A program made the translations under genes and the position numbers. Below, one piece after another: positions 17,476 through 26,440 of a DNA stretch of 64,000 nucleotides (its first letter is position 1; the number at the start of each line of letters is the position of its first letter). The notes beneath the pieces are model-generated. The model was not told the DNA's origin and ran no database searches. It saw nothing but the letters and a program-made list of their open reading frames with translations. The DNA is taken from NCBI GenBank assembly GCA_024235015.1, contig JACKNG010000003.1, positions 472,397 to 536,396 on the forward strand, in the 5' to 3' direction. Source of the stretch: Gammaproteobacteria bacterium (lineage in GTDB: Bacteria; Pseudomonadota; Gammaproteobacteria; Ga0077536).

Positions 17476-18669
17476 ATGGACAACAGCGGCTTCGTCGACG
17501 CGGCCCTGCTCGCGCGCGTGCGCGTCGGCCGCGAGTACGTCGCCGCCAAGTACGGCTTCCGCAACCACTGGTACCCGGCGCTGTTCGGCCACGAACTGGC
17601 CGAAGGCCAGGCACGCCCGGTCACCCTGCTCGGCGAGAACATCCTGCTCAAGCGTATCGACGGCCGCGTCCATGCCATCCACGATCGCTGCCTGCATCGT
17701 GGCGTGCCCCTGTCACGCAAGCTCGAGTGCTACACCGCGGGTACCGTGACCTGCTGGTACCACGGTTTCACCTATCGCTTCGCCGACGGCGTGCTGTGCG
17801 ACATCGCGGGCACCGCGGGCAGCGCGGTGATCGGGCGCAGGAAGCTGCGCACCTACCCGGTGAGCGAGGCCCAGGGCCTGGTGTTCGTCTTCGTCGGCGA
17901 TGCCGACCACACGCCGCCACCGCTCGCCCACGACGTGCCGCCCGGGTTTCTCGATGCCGAGCTCGCCGTGCACGGCAAGCGACGGGTGGTCGCCGCCAAC
18001 TGGCGTATCGGTTGCGAGAACGGCTTCGATTCCACCCACATCTTCATCCACAAGGACTCGGTGCTGGTCGCGGAAGCCGATCTCGCCCTGCCGCTCGGCC
18101 TGCAGCCGCTGGGGCGCCATGCCTTCCAGCGCCAGCTCGACGACGACGGCCCCAAGGGCGTGTTCGACAATTTCGGTCCCGACGAAGTGCGGCCGGTGTT
18201 CACCGCCACCATCGAAGGCGAGGAAGTCCTGCACGGCGCCATCGGCGGCAGCAACCGCGTACCGCAGGACATCTCCATGTGGCTGCCCTGCGCGCTGCGC
18301 GTACGGCCCTGGCCGGTACCCGAGACCACCCAGTTCGAGTGGTACGTGCCGATCGACGCCGATCACCACCTCTACCTGCAGACCCTCGGCAAGCGCTGTA
18401 CGAACGAGCGCGAGCGCGACGACTGGGCGCGCGAGTTCCACGCGCGCTGGCTGCCCAAGGCGCTCGACGGCTTCAACGACGACGACGTGTGGGCGCGCGA
18501 GGCGACCCAGCCGTTCTATGCCGACGACACCGGCTGGCTCGAAGAGCAGTTGTTCGAGCCGGACGGCAACATCGTCGAGTGGCGCAAGCTCGCCAGCGCC
18601 CACGCGCGTGGCATTCAACGCCCCGAGCACATCGACCCGCCCGGCCACACCGTGCTGAGCGTCGATTGA
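17476..18669 (+). CDS. Rieske [2Fe-2S] non-haem iron oxygenase, alpha subunit (phthalate dioxygenase/KshA-type, no beta subunit)
   Basis: Rieske motif CLHRGVPLS-x15-CWYHGF (CxH...CxxH), N-terminal NHWYP region and a mononuclear-iron catalytic domain. 397 aa. No adjacent small-subunit gene. Confidence 0.9.
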   Translation: MDNSGFVDAALLARVRVGREYVAAKYGFRNHWYPALFGHELAEGQARPVTLLGENILLKRIDGRVHAIHDRCLHRGVPLSRKLECYTAGTVTCWYHGFTYRFADGVLCDIAGTAGSAVIGRRKLRTYPVSEAQGLVFVFVGDADHTPPPLAHDVPPGFLDAELAVHGKRRVVAANWRIGCENGFDSTHIFIHKDSVLVAEADLALPLGLQPLGRHAFQRQLDDDGPKGVFDNFGPDEVRPVFTATIEGEEVLHGAIGGSNRVPQDISMWLPCALRVRPWPVPETTQFEWYVPIDADHHLYLQTLGKRCTNERERDDWAREFHARWLPKALDGFNDDDVWAREATQPFYADDTGWLEEQLFEPDGNIVEWRKLASAHARGIQRPEHIDPPGHTVLSVD

Positions 18670-18697
18670 CATCCACCACGACCCGGAGACCAGGATC

Positions 18698-19564
18698 ATG
18701 AGCTTGTGGCTGGACCTGCTCGGCGCCACGATTCGCACCGTCGACACCAAGACCTGGGGCGCGACGCGCGTCGCCGAGGCCGGCCTCGAACACCCCGAAA
18801 CGGTGATCTTCCTGCACGGCATCGGCGGTCATCTGGAAGCCTACGCGAAGAACGTCGTCGCGCTGGCCGATCGCTTCCACACCGTCGCCTACGATTACAT
18901 CGGTCACGGCCTGTCGGCCAAGCCCGTCATCGACTATTCGCCGCTGGTGCTGGTACAGCACCTGGCCGAATTGATGGATGCGCTCGGCCTCGAGCGCGCA
19001 CACCTGTGCGGCGAATCGCTCGGCGGCTGGACCAGCGGGCTGTTCGCGGTGCACCACCCCGGGCGGGTCGGGCGGCTCATCCTCAACACGGCCGCCGGCC
19101 TGCCCATCGTCACCGAGCAGGGCCGTCGCGACATCGCCGAATTGATCGCACTGAGCGCGAAGGCGGCGACCCAGGGGCCACCGACCTACGCCAGCATCCT
19201 CGCCCGCATGCAGTGGCTGTTCCATCCCGACAACCACGCCATGATCAGCGAGGAGCTGGTCGACACCCGCCTGCGTTTCTACTCGCAAGCGGCGATGAGG
19301 GACGTCGCGCCGCGCGTGCTCGCCATGATCGCGATGCACGACGACTACCTCATCCCGCTCGAGGACATCCGCGCCGAAACCCTGTTCCTGTGGACCGAGG
19401 ACAATCCCGTGCACGACGTCGCCACCGCGCGCGCGGGGGCCGCCCGCGTGCCGGGCGCCCGGCTCTACGTCATGCAGGCGGCGTCCGCGCACTGGCCGCA
19501 GTACGAGGCGCCGCAAGAGTTCAACGACGTCGTCGGCCGTTTCCTCGCCAGTGGCGCCGTTTGA
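18698..19564 (+). CDS. Alpha/beta-hydrolase, meta-cleavage-product (C-C bond) hydrolase type (BphD/HsaD-like)
   Basis: Nucleophile elbow GESLGG, HGIGG oxyanion region, and a lid typical of MCP hydrolases. 288 aa. Immediately downstream of the Rieske oxygenase. Confidence 0.85.
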   Translation: MSLWLDLLGATIRTVDTKTWGATRVAEAGLEHPETVIFLHGIGGHLEAYAKNVVALADRFHTVAYDYIGHGLSAKPVIDYSPLVLVQHLAELMDALGLERAHLCGESLGGWTSGLFAVHHPGRVGRLILNTAAGLPIVTEQGRRDIAELIALSAKAATQGPPTYASILARMQWLFHPDNHAMISEELVDTRLRFYSQAAMRDVAPRVLAMIAMHDDYLIPLEDIRAETLFLWTEDNPVHDVATARAGAARVPGARLYVMQAASAHWPQYEAPQEFNDVVGRFLASGAV

Positions 19565-19604
19565 CCGCACACTGCCGCCACCAGCGCCGCGAGGAACCCC
19601 TGTC

Positions 19605-20510
19605 ATGAGCGACCAGCATCCGCCCGTCACCCCGACCAGCCTCGGCTACTTCGTCATCGGCGCCAGCGACCTCGCCGCCTGGCGCCATTTCGCCGTGCAC
19701 GTGGTGGGCATGATGGCCGGCGACATCGGCGAGACCCTCGCCCTGCGCCTCGACGAGAACGCCCAGCGCCTGCTCGTCGAAGCCGACGATCACGACGACC
19801 TCAACGCGGTCGGCTGGTGCTACGACAGCGAGCGCGAACTCGATGCCGCCATCGACCAGGCCCGGCGGCTCGGCGCCACGGTCGAGGACGGCAGCGCGAC
19901 CCTGTGCGCGACGCGCCACGTCGAACGCCTCGCCCGCCTCGCCGATCCCAACGGCCTCGTCCACGAACTCCACTATGGCCCGGCCATGGCACCGATGGAC
20001 CAGGCCTTCCGCTCCGCGGTGCTGCGCGGCGGCTTCGTCGCCGGCCAGCTCGGCGCCGGCCACTACGTCGCCATCGCGGACGACCGCGCGGCCACCGAAC
20101 GCTTCTACCGCAAGGTGCTGGGCCTGCGCCTGTCCGACTACATCCGCGGCGAGGTCGCGCCGGGAGGGCCAGTCCTCGAGGCCACCTTCCTGCATGCCGC
20201 CAGCGGGCGTCACCACTCGGTGGCCTTCGCCTGCGCACCGGCCGCCAAGCGCATCCATCACATCATGGTCGAGGTCGCCGACATGAACGACGTCGGCCTC
20301 GCCCGCGACCGCTGCCGCGCCGGCGGCGTGCCGCTGATGATGGATCTCGGCCACCACCCCAACGACGGCATGTTCTCCTTCTATTGCGTCACGCCGGGTG
20401 GCTTCGGGCTCGAGATCGGCGCCGGCGGCCGGGTCATCGACGAGGACGCCTGGGCGGTGCGCAGCTACACCCGGCTCAGCGACTGGGGCCACCAGCCGCC
20501 GCCGGGTTGA
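19605..20510 (+). CDS. Type I extradiol ring-cleavage dioxygenase (VOC superfamily; BphC/HsaC-like)
   Basis: Two VOC modules (GYFVIGASDL..., HYVAIADD...), metal-ligand His/Glu context (HHIMVEV). 302 aa from ATG 19605 (MSDQHPPVTPTSLGYFVI); the ORF-table start at 19551 is a GTG inside the upstream hydrolase gene. Confidence 0.85.
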   Translation: MSDQHPPVTPTSLGYFVIGASDLAAWRHFAVHVVGMMAGDIGETLALRLDENAQRLLVEADDHDDLNAVGWCYDSERELDAAIDQARRLGATVEDGSATLCATRHVERLARLADPNGLVHELHYGPAMAPMDQAFRSAVLRGGFVAGQLGAGHYVAIADDRAATERFYRKVLGLRLSDYIRGEVAPGGPVLEATFLHAASGRHHSVAFACAPAAKRIHHIMVEVADMNDVGLARDRCRAGGVPLMMDLGHHPNDGMFSFYCVTPGGFGLEIGAGGRVIDEDAWAVRSYTRLSDWGHQPPPG

Positions 20511-20517
20511 GGGCGGT

Positions 20518-22662
20518 TCAACCCGCCGCGGCGTCGCGGCTGGCGCTGGCCAGGGGCAGTTCGATCCAGAAGCAGCTGCCGGCGCCCGGCGCGCTGCTCA
20601 CGCCGAGTTCGCCGTCCATGGCCTCGACCAGGCGCTTGCTGAGGGCGAGCCCGATACCGGTGCCCTCGGTGCGCTTGTGGTCCTGGCCGAGGCGCTCGAA
20701 CGGCACGAACAGGCGCGCGAGGTCGGCCGGATGGATGCCGGCACCCTGGTCGGCGACCGCGATGCGGCAGCGCCCCGCGCTGCGCGCGACGCTCACCGTC
20801 ACGCCGCCGCCGTCACGGTTGTACTTGATGGCATTGGACAGCAGGTTGAGCAGCACCTGGCGCAGGCGCTGCGGGTCGGCAAGCACGCGCGGCTCGGCGA
20901 TGACGCCCGGCTCGAGTTCGAGAGTCTGAGCGCAGGCGTCGGCCTCGGCGCGGATCAGGTTGACGCATTCCTCGACCAGGGTACCGACGTCGACCTCGCC
21001 GATTTCGACGGTCAGGCGCCCGCTCTCGATGCGTGCGAGATCGAGCATCTCGCCGATCAGGGTCATGAGGTGGCGCCCGGCCTGCAGGACCTCTTCGGCG
21101 TTCTCGCGCTGGCTCTCGCTGAGCGGCTCGGCGGGGTTGCCGAGCAGCAGCTGGGTGAAACCGAGCACGGCGTTCATCGGCGTGCGCAGCTCGTGGCTGA
21201 CGTGGGCGAGGAACTCGCTCTTGGCGCGGCTGGCCTGCTCGGCTTGCTCGCGCGCCTGCACCAGATCGCGGGTGCGTTCGGCGATGCGCCGCTCGAGATT
21301 CTCGTTGGCGCGGCGCAAGGCCTCCTCCATGCGCTTGCGCGCGGTGATGTCGCGCGACACCCCGAACAGCGCGGTGGTGGTGCCAGCGCCATCCGTCTCG
21401 ACCTCGAAATGATGCTCGAGGGTGCGCCTATCGGTGCCCGCCGCCAGGCGGTGCTCAAAGCTGAAGGTCGCCGGGCGCCCGGCGGCGATCGCCCCTTCCA
21501 GCACCGCGCGCACGGCCGCGCGATCGTCGGGATGGACGAGCTCCACGTAGTTGTCGATGGTCGGCTGCATGGCGCCCGGTACGAGCCCGAACAGCCGGTA
21601 CTGCTCGTCGGACCACACGCCGACGCCGTTGACCAGGTTGAGCCGCCAATGACCGAGTCCGCCGACCTGCTGCGCCTTGCGCAGCACGGCCGCATTGCCT
21701 TCGAGCGCAGCGCGCGCCTCGTGCAGCGGCGTCACGTCCTGCACCGTGCCGAAAGCACGCAGCGCACGGCCGTCGGCAGCGTGCTCGACCTCGGTACGCG
21801 TGTGCAGCCATTTCAGCCGCCCGTCGCCCATCTGGTAGGCATGCACCAGGTCGTAGGATTCACCGCCAGCGAGCGCGGCGGCGAAACGCGCCTCGAGTTC
21901 CGCGACCTCCGCAGCCGGCACGTGGGCATAGAAATCCTCGAAGGTCGGCGACGGCGCGTCCGCCGGCCACTCGAGAATGCCCAGCATGCCCTGCGAGGAA
22001 AACACCTCGCCGCTGGCGAGATCGACCTCCCAGCTGCCCAGCGAGGCCACTCGCTCGGCCTGCTCGAGCAGCCGGCGTTGCTGCTCCAGCGCGGCCTGCG
22101 CCACCGCCCGGTCGGTGACGTCGGCGCCGATACCGACGATCTGGACGACCCGCCCGGCATCGTCGAACACCGGGCAGGCAGTTGCCTGCAGGGTACGCCG
22201 GCCACCGTCGCGATCGGGGATCTCGACGTCGGCAACGGCGCGACGCCCCGCCGCGGCCTCGGCGAAGATCCGGCGGATCGCATCCTGGGCCGCCGGCGAA
22301 TGGTTGTAGTAAGGCGTTTCCCAGGCCAGCAGGCCGCGTACTGCTGCGAGGCTGATGCCGCTGGCTTCGCGCGGCGCGCGGTTGACGAACAGGGTGCGGC
22401 CTTCGGGGGTGAACACCCCGGCGGCGAGCTCGAGACTGTCGAGCAGGCGGCAGAGATCGGGTTCGGTGCTCAGCACGCAACCGCCCCCTGCCGGGCGTCC
22501 GGCGCGCCGGGCGAGCAGCGCCGCGGCAGCGCCGAGCAGGCCGGCGGCGAGCCCGCCGTACGCGGCCCAGGCCGGCGGCGCGACGATCGCGACGAGCCCG
22601 CAGGCGAGCGCGCCGGCGCCCGACGCGGCGACCCACCACTGCGGCCTGCCAATGCTCCCCAT
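20518..22662 (-). CDS. Membrane-anchored multi-PAS sensor histidine kinase (HisKA + HATPase_c), no receiver domain
   Basis: N-terminal TM helices; repeated PAS-like blocks; H-box HVSHELRTPMNAV; N/G boxes (LLNLLSNAIKYN, DQGAGI, GTGIGL). 714 aa. Confidence 0.85.
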   Translation of the reverse strand: MGSIGRPQWWVAASGAGALACGLVAIVAPPAWAAYGGLAAGLLGAAAALLARRAGRPAGGGCVLSTEPDLCRLLDSLELAAGVFTPEGRTLFVNRAPREASGISLAAVRGLLAWETPYYNHSPAAQDAIRRIFAEAAAGRRAVADVEIPDRDGGRRTLQATACPVFDDAGRVVQIVGIGADVTDRAVAQAALEQQRRLLEQAERVASLGSWEVDLASGEVFSSQGMLGILEWPADAPSPTFEDFYAHVPAAEVAELEARFAAALAGGESYDLVHAYQMGDGRLKWLHTRTEVEHAADGRALRAFGTVQDVTPLHEARAALEGNAAVLRKAQQVGGLGHWRLNLVNGVGVWSDEQYRLFGLVPGAMQPTIDNYVELVHPDDRAAVRAVLEGAIAAGRPATFSFEHRLAAGTDRRTLEHHFEVETDGAGTTTALFGVSRDITARKRMEEALRRANENLERRIAERTRDLVQAREQAEQASRAKSEFLAHVSHELRTPMNAVLGFTQLLLGNPAEPLSESQRENAEEVLQAGRHLMTLIGEMLDLARIESGRLTVEIGEVDVGTLVEECVNLIRAEADACAQTLELEPGVIAEPRVLADPQRLRQVLLNLLSNAIKYNRDGGGVTVSVARSAGRCRIAVADQGAGIHPADLARLFVPFERLGQDHKRTEGTGIGLALSKRLVEAMDGELGVSSAPGAGSCFWIELPLASASRDAAAG

Positions 22663-22779
22663 CGGGACATTCTAGCCCGCATTCCGCGCCCGTCTCCTAC
22701 GGCGGCTGCCGGCCTGCGCGTCGCGGCGGACGGGCGCCCGGGCCGGCCTCGCCGTCGCCCCGGTGCGTCGCGGCTTGCC

Positions 22780-24711
22780 TCAGCCCTGGCGGCCAGCCGC
22801 CGGTGCTGCTTCGCCGAACATGGCGAAGCGTTCGTCGTCGACCACCCTGAGCGGCATGACGTCGCTGTCGCCGGTGATGATCAGCGAGCGGTCGACGCGC
22901 AGGCAGCTGCCGCCCCAGGCGCCGTTGACCGAGAAGGTGCACAACTGCAGGTTGAAACCGTCCAGCCGCGGCAGCCGCGCCAGCGCCTGGTAGACATGGT
23001 CGCGGTCGCCGAACTGGCCGCCGGTCGCCTCCAGCACCGCGTCGCCGTCGACGATGCGGATGTTGCGGCCCTGGCGGCCGACGATAGGCTTGGCCACGTA
23101 GCCCGCCGCGCGCAGGCCGTCGCCGAGTTCGAACGCCGTCTCCAGCAGGTAGGGGTGGTTGGGGAACAGCGACCACAGCACCGGCAGCATGGCCTTGTTG
23201 CTCGGGATCAGGGTCCACAGGGGTTCGAACACCATCACTTCGCTGCGCAGCAACACGTCGACCAACCGCGGCGGGGCATCGTGCCGGGTACCGGGGCGAT
23301 AGTTCTCGAGGGCCTGTGCATCGTCCGCGCACTCGGCCCGGATCTGGTCGATGGCGGTCTCCCAGGCCCAGGTCTTCCACACCCAGCGGATGGGCTCGCC
23401 GTCGGCATCGAGCACGGCGCCATCGGCACCCCAGCGCAGACCCTGCACGCCGTGGATGATCTTGGTCGGGACGCCGGCCTCGTCCATCGCCTCCTGCATG
23501 AACAGGGCGTGGTAGGTTTCCTCGAGATCGCGGTCCTGCATGATGTGCAGCAGGCCGTCGACCTCGCTCTTGCGCCACGCTTCGCGCAAGTCGTGGTGCA
23601 GCGCCGCGCCCGGGTCGTCGCCGAGGCGGCAACCGAAGTGATCGGCCCACTTGCCCTGGACCTTGCCGCATTCCATGTGGCAGGAAGCCGAGTCGCAGTT
23701 GTATTCGTAGACCTTCAGGCCGCGCGCGGTGAGCGCGAAGTCGAAGCGCCCGGTGATCATCTGGTTGTGGCGGTTGGCCCAGGACTGGCGGATCTTCGGC
23801 CACAGCGCGCGCGGGATACGGAACTTCGCCAGCAGGGCGTCGTCGCGCAGCACGTAGTCGGTGCCGTGCATGAACAACACGTGCAACTGGTTGGTCGCCT
23901 TCTCGAGTTCGTCGTGCACGGTCTGCGAGACGCAGAAGAAGCGATGCTGGTCCTGCCCGGCGCCGGACATCAGGTGTCCGCGCATCATCTCGACGTAGGC
24001 GGCCTCGTCGGGGTTGGCGACGTTGAGCCAGGCGCGACTGGCCTGGCCACGGTCCTCGACTTCGCGTGCGACCAGGTGGAACAAGCCGGGGTCGGGTTCA
24101 TCGACCGGTTCGGCATCGGTATCGTCGTCGGTCTGCATGACCCAGCCGAGGATGGTGGCATCGCCGAACGAGCATTCCAGCCAGAACTCCCCGCTCGGCA
24201 TGACGCTGGCGCGCACCTCGCGCGAGTAGTCCTGGCCCGGCGCCCATACCAGGTGATCGACGTTCTGCTCGCAGAAGCGTACGCGGTCGGGCAGCACCTC
24301 GGTGACGATGGCGACGTGGCCGGTGCGCTCGAACTCGCCGCCCTCGTCCCATACCAGCAGGCAGCCGGGCAACGGGTGGCGCCGCGAACCGTTGCGGAAG
24401 GCGCGCATGGGCCGGCGCGTACCGCGGCGCACGTCGCGCAGCGAGGTCAGTTCGAACAGCTCGTAGGCCATGCCGACTTCATCGAAGATGCAGCCGGTGT
24501 TGAGATAGAGCCAGCGCCGCGCGAACTCCACGCACTGCCACTTGTAGCCCATGTAGATGCCGTCCACGTAGCTGCGGTAGCTGTGGCGATCGGGCAGCTC
24601 GGCGTCGTCGGCCGATTCGTAGTGCGAGGAATAACAGGGGACCCCGCCCGGCGCGACGCCGAGCAGGGTGCCGAACCTGGCCGGGCCAGGCGGTGCGATG
24701 GGTTCCGACAT
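22780..24711 (-). CDS. Bifunctional glutathionylspermidine synthetase/amidase-like protein (CHAP amidase + GspS ATP-grasp)
   Basis: N-terminal CHAP-type region (YKWQCVEFARRW, ...GHVAIV) and a C-terminal GspS-like domain (NKAMLPVLWSLFPNHPYLLETAFE, KPIVGRQGRNIRIV). 643 aa, the same size class as E. coli Gss. Confidence 0.7.
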   Translation of the reverse strand: MSEPIAPPGPARFGTLLGVAPGGVPCYSSHYESADDAELPDRHSYRSYVDGIYMGYKWQCVEFARRWLYLNTGCIFDEVGMAYELFELTSLRDVRRGTRRPMRAFRNGSRRHPLPGCLLVWDEGGEFERTGHVAIVTEVLPDRVRFCEQNVDHLVWAPGQDYSREVRASVMPSGEFWLECSFGDATILGWVMQTDDDTDAEPVDEPDPGLFHLVAREVEDRGQASRAWLNVANPDEAAYVEMMRGHLMSGAGQDQHRFFCVSQTVHDELEKATNQLHVLFMHGTDYVLRDDALLAKFRIPRALWPKIRQSWANRHNQMITGRFDFALTARGLKVYEYNCDSASCHMECGKVQGKWADHFGCRLGDDPGAALHHDLREAWRKSEVDGLLHIMQDRDLEETYHALFMQEAMDEAGVPTKIIHGVQGLRWGADGAVLDADGEPIRWVWKTWAWETAIDQIRAECADDAQALENYRPGTRHDAPPRLVDVLLRSEVMVFEPLWTLIPSNKAMLPVLWSLFPNHPYLLETAFELGDGLRAAGYVAKPIVGRQGRNIRIVDGDAVLEATGGQFGDRDHVYQALARLPRLDGFNLQLCTFSVNGAWGGSCLRVDRSLIITGDSDVMPLRVVDDERFAMFGEAAPAAGRQG

Positions 24712-24945
24712 GCGGGCTGGGAAACTCGTGCGAGCCTCACTGGCAGGGAGCAGTGCCGGGGCGGCCGCGAGCGCGGCCCGGTGACCCGGCGCCGCGCGAG
24801 TTTACGCCGACGCCGGCGTGACGCAAGTACCGCCGTCGCGCGGTCGCGATGGTGTTGCAGGGGCGCTGTCCGCTAGAGTGCCGCAACGTCGCCGGTCGGC
24901 GCCGCGCCGCCCGCGCCCACCCAGCAACAGGGAGTGCCCGAACCC

Positions 24946-25365
24946 ATGCCCCGCAAGACCTTCGCCCTGGCCCTGGCCTGCTGCGCCCTGGCCGGCTGTG
25001 CCAGTAATCGCCCGGTCGTCTATCCCAACGCCCATGCCCGGAGCGTCGGCCAGGCCCGCATCGAGGCCGACATCGCCGACTGCGAGCGCCTCGCACGCGC
25101 GGCCGGCGCTTCGCCGCAGGGCGGCCAGGCCGCCGACGCCGCCCGCGATACCGTCAAGGGCGGCGCCCTGGGTGCGGCGACCGGCGCGGTCGGCGGTGCC
25201 ATCGCCGGCAGCGCCGGACGCGGCGCCGCCATCGGCGCGGCGTCGGGCGCCACGGCCGGCCTGCTCAACCGTCTGTTCACCGGCGGCACGCCCAACCCGG
25301 CCTACCGCAACTTCGTCCAGCGCTGCCTGGGCGAGCGCGGCTACGACATCAGCGGCTGGAACTGA
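24946..25365 (+). CDS. Lipoprotein with glycine-zipper motif
   Basis: Lipobox LALACCALAGCAS; Gly-zipper GGALGAATGAVGGAIAGSAGRGAAIGAASGATAG. ATG 24946 preceded by GGAG. Confidence 0.6.
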   Translation: MPRKTFALALACCALAGCASNRPVVYPNAHARSVGQARIEADIADCERLARAAGASPQGGQAADAARDTVKGGALGAATGAVGGAIAGSAGRGAAIGAASGATAGLLNRLFTGGTPNPAYRNFVQRCLGERGYDISGWN

Positions 25366-25572
25366 ACCGGCGCGGTGCCCGGTCCGCGTCATAGGCCTTC
25401 CGCGGCCACAGGTTCGGATCATTGCTATCGATCGGGGAAGCGACGCCTGGCTTCCCAAGCGTCCCCACTGCGCGGTTCGGAGATCGCTACGAATGTTTTC
25501 AGTCGTCCGGTATGCAGCCCGACCGCCGATCGCTAGACTCGTGGTGACCGACCCCACGCCCCAATCGAGAGC

Positions 25573-26244
25573 TTGCCCATGGAACACGCTAACCCTCGTC
25601 GGATGACATTAGGCCTGGCCGCGATACTCGCCGCCGCGCTCTTCGCATCGTCCAGTCACGCAGCCTTGATCACATTCGACACCCTCGTCAGTGGCCAAAC
25701 CAGCTTCGGCTACGACGGCGACGGCGATGCCATCAACGACGTGATTTTCTCGACCGCGGACCCGTTCGGATTCAACACCGCGGGCCCCGGCCCGAACATG
25801 TCCTTCATTGACGAACCGGGCATCGAAGGAACCTCCCTGCTGAACCCGGATTTACGTGTCGATTTCCTGAACGGCGCAGTGAACACGCTGTCGTTCGGTT
25901 TCGCCGTCAACGCGTCGTTCGAAGCCCCGGCCAATGGCGTCACATTCTCGGTGTTCAATGCGGCCAACCAGTTGCTGGGCTCGCAAAGCGTGCAGGCCCT
26001 GTTCACCGCGACGGGCTCCGGCACGAGCAACTTTCCGGAGGGCCGCGTGACCCTCAGTTTCGCCGGTGTCGCGAGCTACGCGTTATTCGACTTCGTCTCA
26101 CCATCGCGCTACATCGTGGACAACTTCGAGGGCACGTTCGGTAGCACAGAAGACATCACGCCCACAGTACCCGAACCCATGAGCCTCGCCCTCGCCATAC
26201 TCGGTATCGCCACCACGTGGCGTAGCCGTCGCTGGCGCCGCTGA
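25573..26244 (+). CDS. Secreted PEP-CTERM sorting-domain protein (exosortase substrate)
   Basis: Signal peptide MTLGLAAILAAALFASSSHA; C-terminus ...TVPEPMSLALAILGIATTWRSRRWRR is VPEP + TM helix + Arg cluster, i.e. canonical PEP-CTERM. 223 aa. Confidence 0.75.
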   Translation: MPMEHANPRRMTLGLAAILAAALFASSSHAALITFDTLVSGQTSFGYDGDGDAINDVIFSTADPFGFNTAGPGPNMSFIDEPGIEGTSLLNPDLRVDFLNGAVNTLSFGFAVNASFEAPANGVTFSVFNAANQLLGSQSVQALFTATGSGTSNFPEGRVTLSFAGVASYALFDFVSPSRYIVDNFEGTFGSTEDITPTVPEPMSLALAILGIATTWRSRRWRR

Positions 26245-26307
26245 GCCGCGCTGGCAAACTGCAAGAGCCGGGCACGTTCATCCTAACCTTACCGGCACTG
26301 GCCGCCC

Positions 26308-26333
26308 GGTAGCGCCCACCACCGGGCGCTACC
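26308..26333. terminator. Perfect 10-bp-stem hairpin GGTAGCGCCC-ACCACC-GGGCGCTACC between convergent genes; likely bidirectional terminator
   Basis: Perfect inverted repeat downstream of the PEP-CTERM gene and of the convergent GH114-like gene. No U-tract, as is common in high-GC genomes. Confidence 0.35.
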
Positions 26334-26440
26334 CCTCGAGCATCCAGGCGGAACCATTTGCGGTCGAGGTGGCACTGGCCAGCCGCCGCGGCTTGCGGAA
26401 TTCCAGTCGAACGCTCAGAGACTGGGACCGTACGCGACGC

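Noticed and set aside
19551-19604. Upstream 18 codons of the extradiol dioxygenase ORF (GTG 19551) and the 67-codon extension of the quinoprotein ORF (53657-53857)
   Set aside because: They overlap the 3' ends or promoters of neighbouring genes and lack homology. Internal ATGs (19605; 53858 with AAGGAGA RBS and signal peptide) are the plausible starts.
20398-24876. 1492-aa plus-strand ORF
   Set aside because: It is antisense to both the PAS histidine kinase and the Gss genes, and its translation is Ala/Gly/Arg/Val low-complexity with no domain signatures. A typical high-GC shadow ORF.
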